From a virus (lineage: Duplodnaviria; Heunggongvirae; Uroviricota; Caudoviricetes), in IMG/VR virus record IMGVR_UViG_3300026382_000001: a stretch of DNA of 64,000 nt; one strand, 5' to 3'. Each line of letters starts with the position of its first letter. The stretch's first letter is position 1. This document shows, in pieces, positions 39,145 to 49,264 of this stretch. The notes under the pieces are model-generated. The model had not been told where the DNA came from. It saw nothing but the letters and a program-made list of their open reading frames with translations, and did not search any database. Position numbers and translations under genes: made by a program.

Positions 39145-40892
39145 ACGAGATAGAAAAAATAAATAATTTACCAAAATTTGAAACTTTTGAAGAAATAGAA
39201 AAAATTCTACAATCTAAATTAGATAATTATCCTCAAATAAATTCAGAGGAAGAATTCTTTAATTTTTCACATTGGGATTTTAAAGATATGAAAAAGGGTA
39301 TTGATTTAATGGTAAATACTATGTCACAGGGTAAAAAAATATTTTTTATCCACGATTGTGATGCGGATGGAATGTTTACATATTATTTAACGTATAGATT
39401 TTTTTCAAAGCATTTCAATTATCAAAATATTGAATTAGTATTAACCAAAAGAGCTGATGGGTATGGTTTTTTACCAGTTCATGTATCTGAAAGAGATGTT
39501 CAAGAAGGTGATTTATTTATAACAACCGATAATGGAATTACTGCTAAAGAGGCTACAGAATATGCTTTACGTGCTGGTGCAAATGTAATTATCAATGATC
39601 ACCATACTCCAGATTATGATAAGGCTTGGCCACTTTGGCAGTCTAATAAACCAGAAGAAGAATCTAGAGTAGCTGTTATAGATCCTTGTCAAACTGATTG
39701 TGAGTTTGGTAAAAAGGATATGAATATTTCTGGAACAGTTGTACTTTACTATATGTTCCAAGCTTTAGCAGAAACTTATAAATTATCGATTGCTGGAAAA
39801 GATTTATACGAGGATTTTTTACCAGGTTTAGCTATTACTACTATTTCAGACGTAATGAAATTAAATCAAGGTATTAGTAGATACTTAGTAAAAGACTTCT
39901 TTAATAATGGTAAGTACTTAAATGTTCAAGATCAGTTCTTTAAAACTTTTTTAAAAGAAAAAGAAATTGATGGGGAAATAGTTAAAGGAGTTGCTGAAGA
40001 TATTGGTTTTGGTTTTAGTCCATTATTAAATGCTTGTAATAGATTAACTTCTGCTAATGACGCGTGTAACTTTTTAGTTCAGGAAACCGAAGAATTTTCT
40101 AAACAGTGGTGGGATTATATCAGCCAAATTAATGATTCTCGTAAAGAAAAACAACAAAAACTATTGGATTATGTCGAATATAGATTTAAAGATTATATGC
40201 CTACTAAAAAAAATGGTTATAAGTTAATTATGATTCCTGGTCAATTTAATCAAGAAGCTAAAGGTCTTTTAGGAATCGTTGCTGGAAGATTATCCGATAA
40301 ATATAAGGTTCCATGTATAGTACTTAATTTGAACGAAGAAAAGACTAGTTATTCTGGAAGTGGAAGAAGTGTTGGAACTATAGATATACTAGGTCAATTC
40401 CGTAAAGAACATATTCTTAAATTCTTAACACATGTTGGTGGTCATAAACAAGCTCTTGGTCTTGGAGTAAAAGCGGACGATTTAGAAGAGTTCTTTTTAA
40501 CAATTCAGGAAGAATTTAAGAAGATTCCAGATCATCAATTCATGAGTGATAAAAAAGCTACTGGATATATTGATCTTAAAAATATCAATGAAGATTTAAT
40601 ACATACTCTAGATAAATTTGAACCATTCGGACATTATTTCTATAAACCTAATTTTGTAACTAAAGCAATTGTTAAAACAAGTACTGAAATTGGTAAACAA
40701 AAGAATCATTTAAGCATGACTATTATAGATGAAAATAATATGTTATCATTCAAAGCTCTTAATTTTTTCCATGAATATACTCCTAAAAAAGGTGATAATA
40801 TTTATATTCATTTTAAACCAGAATTAGAAACATTTAGAGGAAATACAAAAATCGTTTTAAAAGTATCCAGAATTATTCCTATTTTAGAATAG
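39141..40892 (+). CDS. recJ: Single-stranded DNA exonuclease RecJ
   Basis: DCDADG, TTDNG, NDHH, TISDVM, GSGRS, GGHKQALG, EPFG and C-terminal OB fold. Confidence 0.92.
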   Translation: MNEIEKINNLPKFETFEEIEKILQSKLDNYPQINSEEEFFNFSHWDFKDMKKGIDLMVNTMSQGKKIFFIHDCDADGMFTYYLTYRFFSKHFNYQNIELVLTKRADGYGFLPVHVSERDVQEGDLFITTDNGITAKEATEYALRAGANVIINDHHTPDYDKAWPLWQSNKPEEESRVAVIDPCQTDCEFGKKDMNISGTVVLYYMFQALAETYKLSIAGKDLYEDFLPGLAITTISDVMKLNQGISRYLVKDFFNNGKYLNVQDQFFKTFLKEKEIDGEIVKGVAEDIGFGFSPLLNACNRLTSANDACNFLVQETEEFSKQWWDYISQINDSRKEKQQKLLDYVEYRFKDYMPTKKNGYKLIMIPGQFNQEAKGLLGIVAGRLSDKYKVPCIVLNLNEEKTSYSGSGRSVGTIDILGQFRKEHILKFLTHVGGHKQALGLGVKADDLEEFFLTIQEEFKKIPDHQFMSDKKATGYIDLKNINEDLIHTLDKFEPFGHYFYKPNFVTKAIVKTSTEIGKQKNHLSMTIIDENNMLSFKALNFFHEYTPKKGDNIYIHFKPELETFRGNTKIVLKVSRIIPILE

Positions 40893-40900
40893 GAATAATC

Positions 40901-41599
40901 GTGCCTAGAAAATTAAAACTAGAAGAGGTTTTAAACTGGTTTAAAGAAGTTCATGGGGATAAATATGACTATTCGAAAGTTAATTATATTAATAATAATA
41001 CTAAGATAGAAATAATATGTCCAGAACATGGAAGTTTTTTAGTATATCCAAAATATCATAAAATGGGTAAGAGATGCCGGGAATGTTTTTATAAAGATAA
41101 TACCTTAACCCAATTGGAAATTATAAAAGATTTTAAAAATGTTCATGGAAATAAATACGATTACAGTAAGGTTAATTACATAAATAATAAAACAAAAGTA
41201 GAAATTATTTGTCCAGAACACGGTAGTTTTTTTCAAAAACCAAATGATCACAAACAAGGGAATGGTTGTCCAATTTGTGGTAAAAAAAGCAAAGGGGAAG
41301 AAAGAATTAAAGAATTTTTAGAAGAAAATAATATAGAATATTTAAGAGAATATAATTTATTTAAAAAATATCGTTTTGATTTTTATTTAAAAGATTTGGA
41401 TACCGTTATTGAGTACGATGGTATCCAACATTTTAAACCAATAAATTATTTTGGTGGTGAAAAGGGATTTAAAGAAACCTGTTTTAGAGATAAAGAGAAA
41501 GATATATATTGTAAAAAAAACAATATTAATCTTATTAGAATTTCATATAAAGATTTTAATAAAATAGAAAAAATTCTGAGTAAGAGTACTTTAAAATAA
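40901..41599 (+). CDS. Zinc-repeat homing-type endonuclease (two repeats)
   Basis: CPEHG repeats; FDFY...IEYDGIQH. Confidence 0.85.
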   Translation: MPRKLKLEEVLNWFKEVHGDKYDYSKVNYINNNTKIEIICPEHGSFLVYPKYHKMGKRCRECFYKDNTLTQLEIIKDFKNVHGNKYDYSKVNYINNKTKVEIICPEHGSFFQKPNDHKQGNGCPICGKKSKGEERIKEFLEENNIEYLREYNLFKKYRFDFYLKDLDTVIEYDGIQHFKPINYFGGEKGFKETCFRDKEKDIYCKKNNINLIRISYKDFNKIEKILSKSTLK

Positions 41600-41626
41600 C
41601 TATCGTTAAGTATAGATATCTTATAA
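41587..41626 (+). promoter_or_regulatory. Phage promoter (same consensus as 4692)
   Basis: TACTTTAAAATAA-N11-TATAGATATCTTATAA, followed by a hairpin. Confidence 0.85.
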
Positions 41627-41830
41627 TCGAGAAGATAAATAAATACCGAATATGTATTTATTTTTATCTTCGTGTTTTCTTGTCGTTATTGAGGACGTAA
41701 GAAAACAAGGATAATCTCAAATTTAAATAAAAATGGAGGTGTTTTATGGGAACAGATATTACACCAGGATGCTAATCAAGAAGAGATTATAATCTCTTCT
41801 TTTTTTTCTTAAAAATTAAAAAGGATAAAA

Positions 41831-42061
41831 ATGGTAATACCGTTTAAATTTGGAAAGTTTTTAGAAGTTTTTCAACCAGGAATATTAAAAAAAACTGTAA
41901 TCGAAATAAAAGGTTTACGATGTGATAATCCAAAATGCGATTACGTAAATGATGATATTTTATTCGAGAATTATGTAGTTGGACAACCATGTCCTAAATG
42001 TGGAGATAATCTTTTAACACAAGAAGATTATGATTTATGCAAACAAGCTTTGGAGGCTTAA
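41831..42061 (+). CDS. Small zinc-ribbon protein
   Basis: CDNPKC...CPKCG. Confidence 0.75.
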   Translation: MVIPFKFGKFLEVFQPGILKKTVIEIKGLRCDNPKCDYVNDDILFENYVVGQPCPKCGDNLLTQEDYDLCKQALEA

Positions 42062-42062
42062 T

Positions 42063-43037
42063 ATGAAAACGTTAAAAACATTAGTAGTATATCATAAAAA
42101 TTGCGTGGATGGCCTCGGGGCAGCCGCTTCTTATAGTATGTTAGAAGAACTTGGCGTTAACATGATATATAAAGCCATTCAACATGGTGAACCAGCTAAA
42201 GAAGAGTTCATGAAAAATTTAACAGAAGATGAAAAAAAATGCACTGACTTAGTCTTTCTGGATTTTAGCTTAGATAAAACTCAAATTTTAGAAGTTTGTG
42301 ATTGGTTTGAAAATGTTATGATTATAGATCATCATAAAACTTCCGAAGCTGATCTTCAAGGTTTAGAAAATATTACCAATTTAGATCTTATCTTCGATAT
42401 GTCTAAATCAGGAGCAATGCTAACTTGGGAACACGTTAGAACAGAATTAGATGAAATTGGGGATATTATTCCATTTGAATTTATTCAATATATTCAGGAT
42501 CGTGATCTTTGGGAATGGAAACTTTCACAATCGAAAGAATTTTCGGAAGGGTTACGAATGGCAATAGATCGTCAAAAAAATAAAATTTATAAGAAAAATA
42601 TTTATTATTCTTCCGAAGAAGTAGAAATAAATGCTTTCTTAACGGTTTGCCAATATCTAGAATTAGAGAATATTATTGAAATTGGTAAAATTCTTTTGGA
42701 GAAAACAGAAAGTATGGTTAATTCCAAAATTAAAATAGACAAATTAAAATCTGTTTGGTTTGGAGATATAGAAGTACTTATGTTAAATGCTACTGAAAAT
42801 ATTTCCGAAATTGGAAATAATATATGTCTTAAATATCAAAAACCAGCATGTATGTATTTTATTCTAGAAACCGGTGAAGTAGTTTTTAGCCTTCGCAGCA
42901 TAAACGATTTACCAGACGTTTCATTAATTGCCAAAGCTTATGGTGGTGGGGGTCATAGAAACGCATGCGGATTTAAAGGTGATTTAAATCTGTTAAGTAC
43001 TTTATTATTAAACAAAGACTCAGTAAATGAAAACTAA
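42063..43037 (+). CDS. DHH/DHHA1 phosphoesterase (start revised)
   Basis: YHKNCVDG, FLDFS, IDHHKT, SGAMLTW, DRDLW, SLRS, GGGGHRNACG. Confidence 0.88.
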   Translation: MKTLKTLVVYHKNCVDGLGAAASYSMLEELGVNMIYKAIQHGEPAKEEFMKNLTEDEKKCTDLVFLDFSLDKTQILEVCDWFENVMIIDHHKTSEADLQGLENITNLDLIFDMSKSGAMLTWEHVRTELDEIGDIIPFEFIQYIQDRDLWEWKLSQSKEFSEGLRMAIDRQKNKIYKKNIYYSSEEVEINAFLTVCQYLELENIIEIGKILLEKTESMVNSKIKIDKLKSVWFGDIEVLMLNATENISEIGNNICLKYQKPACMYFILETGEVVFSLRSINDLPDVSLIAKAYGGGGHRNACGFKGDLNLLSTLLLNKDSVNEN

Positions 43038-43260
43038 ATTTACCGAGGATGGGTTAATTATCAAACCAGATAAAATTATTAAAAAAAGATTTTATATTGG
43101 TGATGGGGTAGATAATGAAAAAGATTTCGCTAATCATGGATATGTACACGAAATAAAAAATAAGGAAGAAAAAAAACTTTTAAAAAAAAGAGGTTATATT
43201 TTCTTTAAAACTTACAAACGTGCTCAAAATTATAGATTAGCTGATATACTAGGAGGTTAA
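43027..43260 (+). CDS. Hypothetical protein
   Basis: ORF in operon. Confidence 0.6.
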   Translation: MKTKFTEDGLIIKPDKIIKKRFYIGDGVDNEKDFANHGYVHEIKNKEEKKLLKKRGYIFFKTYKRAQNYRLADILGG

Positions 43261-43261
43261 A

Positions 43262-43549
43262 ATGACAATATCCGAAATAACTCTTAAAGATTTGCGTCGA
43301 ATTAAAGGAAGATATTGGTATTCTTCTTTTAATGGAGTTAAAAATATTTTTTATATTATTCTTGATTGGAGAGATAATATTAAAGAAATAGAACCAGTAG
43401 ATTTAAGAGAAATGTTAATTGATTTAAGTGATAAAGTACCATTTGGAAATAACTTTGTTTCCATAGTAGAATGTTTAAATTTAAATTATTCATTTGAATA
43501 CGAAGCTAAATTACTTGATGAAGAATTAATGTATTCTTTTACATCTTAA
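43262..43549 (+). CDS. Hypothetical protein
   Basis: RBS AGGAGG. Confidence 0.65.
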   Translation: MTISEITLKDLRRIKGRYWYSSFNGVKNIFYIILDWRDNIKEIEPVDLREMLIDLSDKVPFGNNFVSIVECLNLNYSFEYEAKLLDEELMYSFTS

Positions 43550-43562
43550 TTAAAGGAAAAAT

Positions 43563-43835
43563 ATGAAAAAAATATTGGTATTATGTTTATTAGTGGTTTC
43601 TACTTTTGCAGAAACTTCGTATGTTAAAGAAGTTACTTTAATAAATAAGAATATCGTTGACAGTTTTGGTTTGTGGTCAAGCACTGCGTATATATACACT
43701 TATTGTATTGATGGTTATGTTTGGCAAAGATACTCTCAAGGACGAGCTGGAAATTTAGTTCAGGTTTTTGAAAATAAGACATATAAAATAAATGATAAAA
43801 CACTGATAATTTCTAAGGTAAAAACATGTCAATAG
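43563..43835 (+). CDS. Small exported protein
   Basis: Signal peptide MKKILVLCLLVVSTFA; CIDG motif like CTDG in the 7290 lipoprotein. Confidence 0.7.
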   Translation: MKKILVLCLLVVSTFAETSYVKEVTLINKNIVDSFGLWSSTAYIYTYCIDGYVWQRYSQGRAGNLVQVFENKTYKINDKTLIISKVKTCQ

Positions 43836-44007
43836 AAAAGGAAATAACGAAAAAAGAATTCGATATTTTAGTTGCTAAATATAACATAGCTGTTGAAAAC
43901 AAAGAGAAATCTTTTATTTTTTTCGGAAATGAATTAGTAGTTGATTATGCTAAGTACTTAATAGAATACTTAGCGACAAAAAATTTAAAATAAAAAAAGG
44001 AAATGAA

Positions 44008-44313
44008 ATGATATTCGAATTATATTTTGAAAGTACTTCAGAAGCAGAGAAAGCACAAATGTACCAAAAGCTTAGTAATCTTATTACGGAGTACATAACC
44101 GGAGAAAACTGGATAAAAATTGAATTACCAGATCTTGGTAAAAGTCCAGAGGATACATTAGGATCACTGATCGAGAACATTTGGGATGGTGATGATAAAG
44201 TTGTTTTCGATTTCGTTAGTCCTAGAATGATGACTCATATAACAATGTCTTTAAATTATCCAATTAAATTTACTGTATGGGATACGGATAAATTTAAAAA
44301 AATAGAATTATAA
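44008..44313 (+). CDS. Hypothetical protein
   Basis: ORF with RBS. Confidence 0.65.
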   Translation: MIFELYFESTSEAEKAQMYQKLSNLITEYITGENWIKIELPDLGKSPEDTLGSLIENIWDGDDKVVFDFVSPRMMTHITMSLNYPIKFTVWDTDKFKKIEL

Positions 44314-44322
44314 GGAAGTAAA

Positions 44323-45795
44323 ATGTGTCAAATTATAGTAAAAGAATATACTAAACTTTTCAACGATAGTACCCAAATATTCAAATTTGAAGATGATTAT
44401 TTAAATAATTTGGATGAGTTTGAAAAACTTTTAAGTATTAAAGGTGGTAATATTGGGTCAGATGAGGGTTATAGTGTTTTAATAATAATTCAGGGAGTTG
44501 ATAAATTTAACTCTTCTAGATCACAAAATGTTTCTTACGATTTTAGTGCCAGTACATTTAAGGAAATTAAAAAAGATATTTTGAAAAATTTTAATAGTTT
44601 GTATCGTATTATTAATCCTCATAAAATTGTTTTCGGATTATTTAGTCGACAGCGTCCAGAAATGGAAGCAGGTGATGTAAATATAAGCCCATATTTTAAT
44701 AATACCTTAGATAAAATATTTTTCGTACATGGAACTATTTCGAACGATACTGAAATAGTTAAAGAAATTGGTCAAATTATTACAGTAGATACCGAAATTT
44801 TTTCTTTTCTTAAAAAAAAAGATTTTAAAAAATTAGAAGGCTTATATAGTTACATTGAAATAGATCAGAATACTTTAGAAGTAAAAATGGTCGATAAAGG
44901 TATGGGTAAATATATTGGGTATCATAACGGTATTAAAACTTATAGCACTACTAATATTTTTACAAAGAGTGGTAGAAATTTAGCTATGGTTCCAAAAAAG
45001 AAAGCTTTAAAGAACAAGACCATTAGTCTTAAGATAGCTTTTAGTGGAGGAATGGATTCCGTTTTAAACGCGTATAAGATATTTTCTGATTTGGAAAAGA
45101 AATTAAATCGTGTCATTATGGATGATAATGATTACCAAATAGAAACCGAGTTAACTTATTTTGAGTACGGATGTAACGCTGAAAACGAAGAAATAACTTC
45201 AGCTAATAATTTTTTAGATTATTTAAAAGATAAAAAAATATTTAGAAGTTTAAATATTGATTTATATAGAGAAAATATTTCTGGAATTATAAATAATATT
45301 TCTGAAGTAGCTGGAGAAAAATCTAAATTATTAGATAAAGATGCTGTTGGAGATAAAGCCGAAACCGAAGATACTTTAGCTTATGTACCATTTAGAAATA
45401 CCTTAATGGCTCAAATTTTAGTAGCTCAATCACAGAAAGAATTTGATTATTTGGAAGAGTATCCAAAAGATTATTTAATTATGGTTGGCCTTGGGTTAAA
45501 TCTTAGTGATGGTCAAGTATATGGTGATAATAATATCGCTTGGTTAGAAAGTACTGAGAATATGTTAAAGTACGGTGGTAAACAATTCAATAATGTTAAA
45601 TTACTTAGTCCATATATTAATCGCACTAAGATTAATATGTTAAAAGAATTTAAAAAAGAATTTGGAGAAGATACCCTTCGCGAATTACTTAATATTTCTT
45701 TTAGTTGTTATTATCCAGTTAATGGGGAAGCGTGTGGGGAATGTGGTAGTTGCTTACTTCGAAAAGAAGCGATACATCAAAATATAAAGGATTGA
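44323..45795 (+). CDS. queC: QueC (7-cyano-7-deazaguanine synthase) fused to an N-terminal class II glutamine amidotransferase-like domain
   Basis: Met-Cys start, SRQRPEME, VHGTISND, VDTE; FSGGMDS PP-loop, YVPFRN, SCY...CGECGSCLLR. Confidence 0.85.
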   Translation: MCQIIVKEYTKLFNDSTQIFKFEDDYLNNLDEFEKLLSIKGGNIGSDEGYSVLIIIQGVDKFNSSRSQNVSYDFSASTFKEIKKDILKNFNSLYRIINPHKIVFGLFSRQRPEMEAGDVNISPYFNNTLDKIFFVHGTISNDTEIVKEIGQIITVDTEIFSFLKKKDFKKLEGLYSYIEIDQNTLEVKMVDKGMGKYIGYHNGIKTYSTTNIFTKSGRNLAMVPKKKALKNKTISLKIAFSGGMDSVLNAYKIFSDLEKKLNRVIMDDNDYQIETELTYFEYGCNAENEEITSANNFLDYLKDKKIFRSLNIDLYRENISGIINNISEVAGEKSKLLDKDAVGDKAETEDTLAYVPFRNTLMAQILVAQSQKEFDYLEEYPKDYLIMVGLGLNLSDGQVYGDNNIAWLESTENMLKYGGKQFNNVKLLSPYINRTKINMLKEFKKEFGEDTLRELLNISFSCYYPVNGEACGECGSCLLRKEAIHQNIKD

Positions 45796-45796
45796 T

Positions 45797-46210
45797 ATGA
45801 GAGAATTAAAAATTCATAAAGTTGGTATTAGATTTGGTGATAATGATTTCAGCAAAACTTTTATAGCTTTTTTAAAAGCCGTTGGTTATTATCCAGATTT
45901 TAAAGAAGATACTACCGAAGGAATTAAGGACGCTCTCAATCATATTTATAATCTTTCTATTCTTGGTATGTATATAGCTGGACAAAATAGATTACAATAT
46001 TCCAATGGATTGTCAATGTCAGAACATTTAGAGGAAGTTGAAAAGTATTTGGTTAAGGATGAAAAAAATCAAAAGCTTTTTTATATTAATGAAGAAGTGG
46101 ATGAATTCTTAGAAAAATGCGAAGGAAATGATAATGGTGAATTTCATTATGTGGAAATTCTTTTAAATGATTTAGGTGAAGTTCAAGAACCTAAAGTTTA
46201 TTCAATATAA
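45797..46210 (+). CDS. Hypothetical protein
   Basis: ORF in operon. Confidence 0.65.
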   Translation: MRELKIHKVGIRFGDNDFSKTFIAFLKAVGYYPDFKEDTTEGIKDALNHIYNLSILGMYIAGQNRLQYSNGLSMSEHLEEVEKYLVKDEKNQKLFYINEEVDEFLEKCEGNDNGEFHYVEILLNDLGEVQEPKVYSI

Positions 46211-46219
46211 GGAAAATAA

Positions 46220-46483
46220 ATGTGTAAAAAAATAAAGACAGATAAGAAGGTAAAAACAAACGAAGATCGTTTATTACGTATACAACAGTTATGTGAAGAT
46301 CATATTGGATCGGTTAGAAGCGTATCTTTAAAACTTAAAGGTACTGCTTGGACATGTACTTTAAAAATGGATCCAGATCAACATTTCGATATTATAGCTA
46401 GTACTGATGATGATCCAACAGTGGCTTGTAAAATGATTAAGAAACGATTAAAAAAAATAATTAATCGTTACAGCATCGTATAA
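46220..46483 (+). CDS. Hypothetical protein
   Basis: ORF with RBS. Confidence 0.65.
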   Translation: MCKKIKTDKKVKTNEDRLLRIQQLCEDHIGSVRSVSLKLKGTAWTCTLKMDPDQHFDIIASTDDDPTVACKMIKKRLKKIINRYSIV

Positions 46484-46500
46484 TAAATAAAAGGAAAAAA

Positions 46501-46992
46501 ATGTCTAAAAATTTAATTAAAGAAATTAGATTTCTGTGTAAAGTAAAAAAATTTGATAAAATCAAAGCAAAGGATTATTTTCATAAAGTGGTTTGGTATT
46601 TTGATAAATATAAAATTACTAAGATAAATTCTCATGAGGGCAATCGTTATTATAAAACACTTTCTAAATTTTATGGTAAATCTGTAAAAGAAAATGAGTT
46701 CATTGATAAATCGGATGCCTTAAATGCTTTAGAAACTTGGGATCGTTTATGCGAATTTAAGATGTTTATTTATGCTAAACTTCCAAAAGTAAATGATCGT
46801 AAACTTTATTTGGAGCAAATAAAACTCATTCCAAAAAAAGGAAAAGAGGTTATTTTCTTTAGTACAGAAGCCGAAACAGAAGAACAATTAAAAGATAAAG
46901 ACCTTTTAAATGAAATCGATGGAGTTAAGGTAATTAAAGAACTTGGTGAAGTTTCTTTATATGATATAGCAAAAGAAAAATTATATAAATAA
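46501..46992 (+). CDS. Hypothetical protein
   Basis: ORF with RBS. Confidence 0.65.
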   Translation: MSKNLIKEIRFLCKVKKFDKIKAKDYFHKVVWYFDKYKITKINSHEGNRYYKTLSKFYGKSVKENEFIDKSDALNALETWDRLCEFKMFIYAKLPKVNDRKLYLEQIKLIPKKGKEVIFFSTEAETEEQLKDKDLLNEIDGVKVIKELGEVSLYDIAKEKLYK

Positions 46993-47001
46993 GGACAATA
47001 A

Positions 47002-47214
47002 ATGTTTCAATTTAGATATTCATTTAAAGAACAGGTTCGAGCAGTATTTTCCAATAAGATTAAATATTTAGATATTTGGGTTGGTCGTTTAGAAGACTTT
47101 GATAAAATAGAATTTTTCTTCTTTTGGTTAAAAATTACAATTCAAAAAAATAAAAATAAAAATAAAGAGACCAATCGTAAATGTACTTTTGGTCCAGATG
47201 GGAGTTATGTATGA
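47002..47214 (+). CDS. Hypothetical protein
   Basis: ORF with RBS. Confidence 0.55.
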   Translation: MFQFRYSFKEQVRAVFSNKIKYLDIWVGRLEDFDKIEFFFFWLKITIQKNKNKNKETNRKCTFGPDGSYV

Positions 47215-48242
47215 TAGATAACAGAGCATGGTTTATGAAATATAAGCCTAATAATATAGAGGAATTAGTATTTCCAAATACCTTAAATGGTAGTCCAGCA
47301 AAACCGGAAGATATCAAAGCAATGTTTTCAAATGCAGTAACTAATCAATTTATTCCAGGTAACGTGTTAAGCTATGGTCCTGGTGGTTTTGGGAAGAGTT
47401 CACTTGCTGATGTACTTGTTAAAAGTATTATCAAAGAACCAAAAGATTTTCATAGACTTGGTAAAGGTGTTGATGCTGTAGAGGAATTAAAAGCTTGGTT
47501 AGTTTCTAAACCTGGTAGAAGTAATCAAAAGATTGTTCTTATTGAGGAAGCTGATAAATTAAGTCCACAAGCACAGAATATGCTTAAAGACGGACTTATG
47601 GAAAAATATCAAAGTTATGTTTCTTTCATAGCAAATACAAACCACCCTCATAAATTAGATCCAGCATTAAGAACTCGTTTTAATATGCAGTTAAACTTTA
47701 AAGAAATTCAAGCCGAACAAGCATTTTATTATATTATTGGAGTTCTTGATAAAGAAGAAATTCAATATAATAGAGATTATGTTTGGGAATTTGTAAATAA
47801 ACATATTCAAAAAGGGTTGAGAGTTCTTCTTAACAATATTGAAATAAATGTTAAAGATAAAGTACTTATGAATATTGGAGAATTAGAAAGTTCTAGTAAT
47901 CACGAAGATTATATTTTTGATTTATTAAAATATCTTATAGGGTATGCCGAAGCTCAACCAAAAGAAAATCTTGCTAAAATTTTAGAAAATGTTGATAACG
48001 ATCCACAATTTGCTCAATATTATAAGGCAATTCTTGATACGACTAAAAGCGATCTTAATTTAGATTACGATTATATTTTTAATATGTTACTAGATGAAAA
48101 TTTTAGCATAGATATCAAAAACGTTATCATAGAGAACTATCAAGATATAGATAATAAAAAGTTCCCGAACTTACATTTAGTAAGTACTATTGGAAAACTT
48201 TTATTAAATATTTATCAACGTAAGGGAGGTATTCCGGAATAA
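47211..48242 (+). CDS. Clamp loader AAA+ subunit (RFC/gp44-like; start revised)
   Basis: WFMKYKP, GPGGFGKSS, IEEADKLS.QAQ, ALRTRF. Confidence 0.88.
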   Translation: MIDNRAWFMKYKPNNIEELVFPNTLNGSPAKPEDIKAMFSNAVTNQFIPGNVLSYGPGGFGKSSLADVLVKSIIKEPKDFHRLGKGVDAVEELKAWLVSKPGRSNQKIVLIEEADKLSPQAQNMLKDGLMEKYQSYVSFIANTNHPHKLDPALRTRFNMQLNFKEIQAEQAFYYIIGVLDKEEIQYNRDYVWEFVNKHIQKGLRVLLNNIEINVKDKVLMNIGELESSSNHEDYIFDLLKYLIGYAEAQPKENLAKILENVDNDPQFAQYYKAILDTTKSDLNLDYDYIFNMLLDENFSIDIKNVIIENYQDIDNKKFPNLHLVSTIGKLLLNIYQRKGGIPE

Positions 48243-48267
48243 GTTCCGGAATCATTTCCTGTCGTTA
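48231..48267 (+). terminator. Hairpin followed by TTCCTGTCGTTA
   Basis: ATTCCGGAA-TAAG-TTCCGGAAT then CAT-TTCCTGTCGTTA. Confidence 0.7.
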
Positions 48268-48288
48268 AAAAGAGGTAAAAGAGACGAT

Positions 48289-48699
48289 ATGAGAAGAAAA
48301 ATAAAAAATGAAATAGATTTTATTTTAAATAGCTCTAAAAAAAATAATATAGTGTTTATGGAATTTATTGATTTATACCCAGAATTAAAAATGGAAGAAT
48401 TTGAAAAATTCTTCAATGTTTATAAAAATAGAAACTATAAATATACAGAACATTTAAAAACCGATGTCGGAGCAATTTTTGATTTTTTCAGACGTGCTGA
48501 AACGAATAAAATTTTTAATATACAAAGATTTTTTAATATAGATACGAATGATTGGGATGATTCTGATTATGGGGAGTATTTTTTTAATCTCAGACACAAT
48601 TGGAATAGTGTTTATGATAAAATTGGTGCTAAAAATATAAACTTATTTTGCAATATAAAAGATGTTCCAAAAATAAAAATTAAATTCGAAGGAGAATAG
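48289..48699 (+). CDS. Hypothetical protein with C-terminal KIKIKFEGE
   Basis: Trp-motif paralog family. Confidence 0.7.
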   Translation: MRRKIKNEIDFILNSSKKNNIVFMEFIDLYPELKMEEFEKFFNVYKNRNYKYTEHLKTDVGAIFDFFRRAETNKIFNIQRFFNIDTNDWDDSDYGEYFFNLRHNWNSVYDKIGAKNINLFCNIKDVPKIKIKFEGE

Positions 48700-48906
48700 A
48701 TGTGTTTTTTTACAGAACGTTTTGGTATTTATTTAAGTAGATGGCTACTCAGTGCATTCGTAATGATGATACCATTAGTATTAATAAATAAATATAGTTT
48801 AACCAAAAAGTTTGGAAAATATAAAGAATATATTGATTTGGTAATAGTTTCTATTATAGGAGCTTTTATATTTTACAACATCGATCAATACATATTTAAA
48901 CATTAA
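48700..48906 (+). CDS. Small two-TM membrane protein
   Basis: Two hydrophobic segments. Confidence 0.65.
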   Translation: MCFFTERFGIYLSRWLLSAFVMMIPLVLINKYSLTKKFGKYKEYIDLVIVSIIGAFIFYNIDQYIFKH

Positions 48907-48925
48907 AATAAAAAAGGAAAAAGCC

Positions 48926-49132
48926 GTGTTAAAGAAAAAAATAAATGAAAGTATAGATAAAGCAGAGGAAATGTTCAATTCTATTATTAAAGATATTGAA
49001 GAAAATAAACCAGAAATTTATTTAAAATTAGTAAGTCAAAATAGACATACTTATAGACCAGTATGGCGAGATGAAGTAATGGTTAACCGATCTCACGAAA
49101 AGGTTCTAGTTAAATTATTAAACTGGAAATAA
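48926..49132 (+). CDS. Hypothetical protein
   Basis: GTG start with RBS. Confidence 0.6.
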   Translation: MLKKKINESIDKAEEMFNSIIKDIEENKPEIYLKLVSQNRHTYRPVWRDEVMVNRSHEKVLVKLLNWK

Positions 49133-49184
49133 AGTAAAGATATAAATAAATAAAGAAAAGTTTAAGAATAAAATATTGCACATT

Positions 49185-49224
49185 TACTTTAAAATAACTA
49201 TATATGTGTATAGATATCTTATAA
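49185..49224 (+). promoter_or_regulatory. Phage promoter (same consensus as 4692)
   Basis: TACTTTAAAATAA-N11-TATAGATATCTTATAA. Confidence 0.85.
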
Positions 49225-49264
49225 TCAGAAAAGATACAATAAGATGAAAGAAGCTTATTATATC

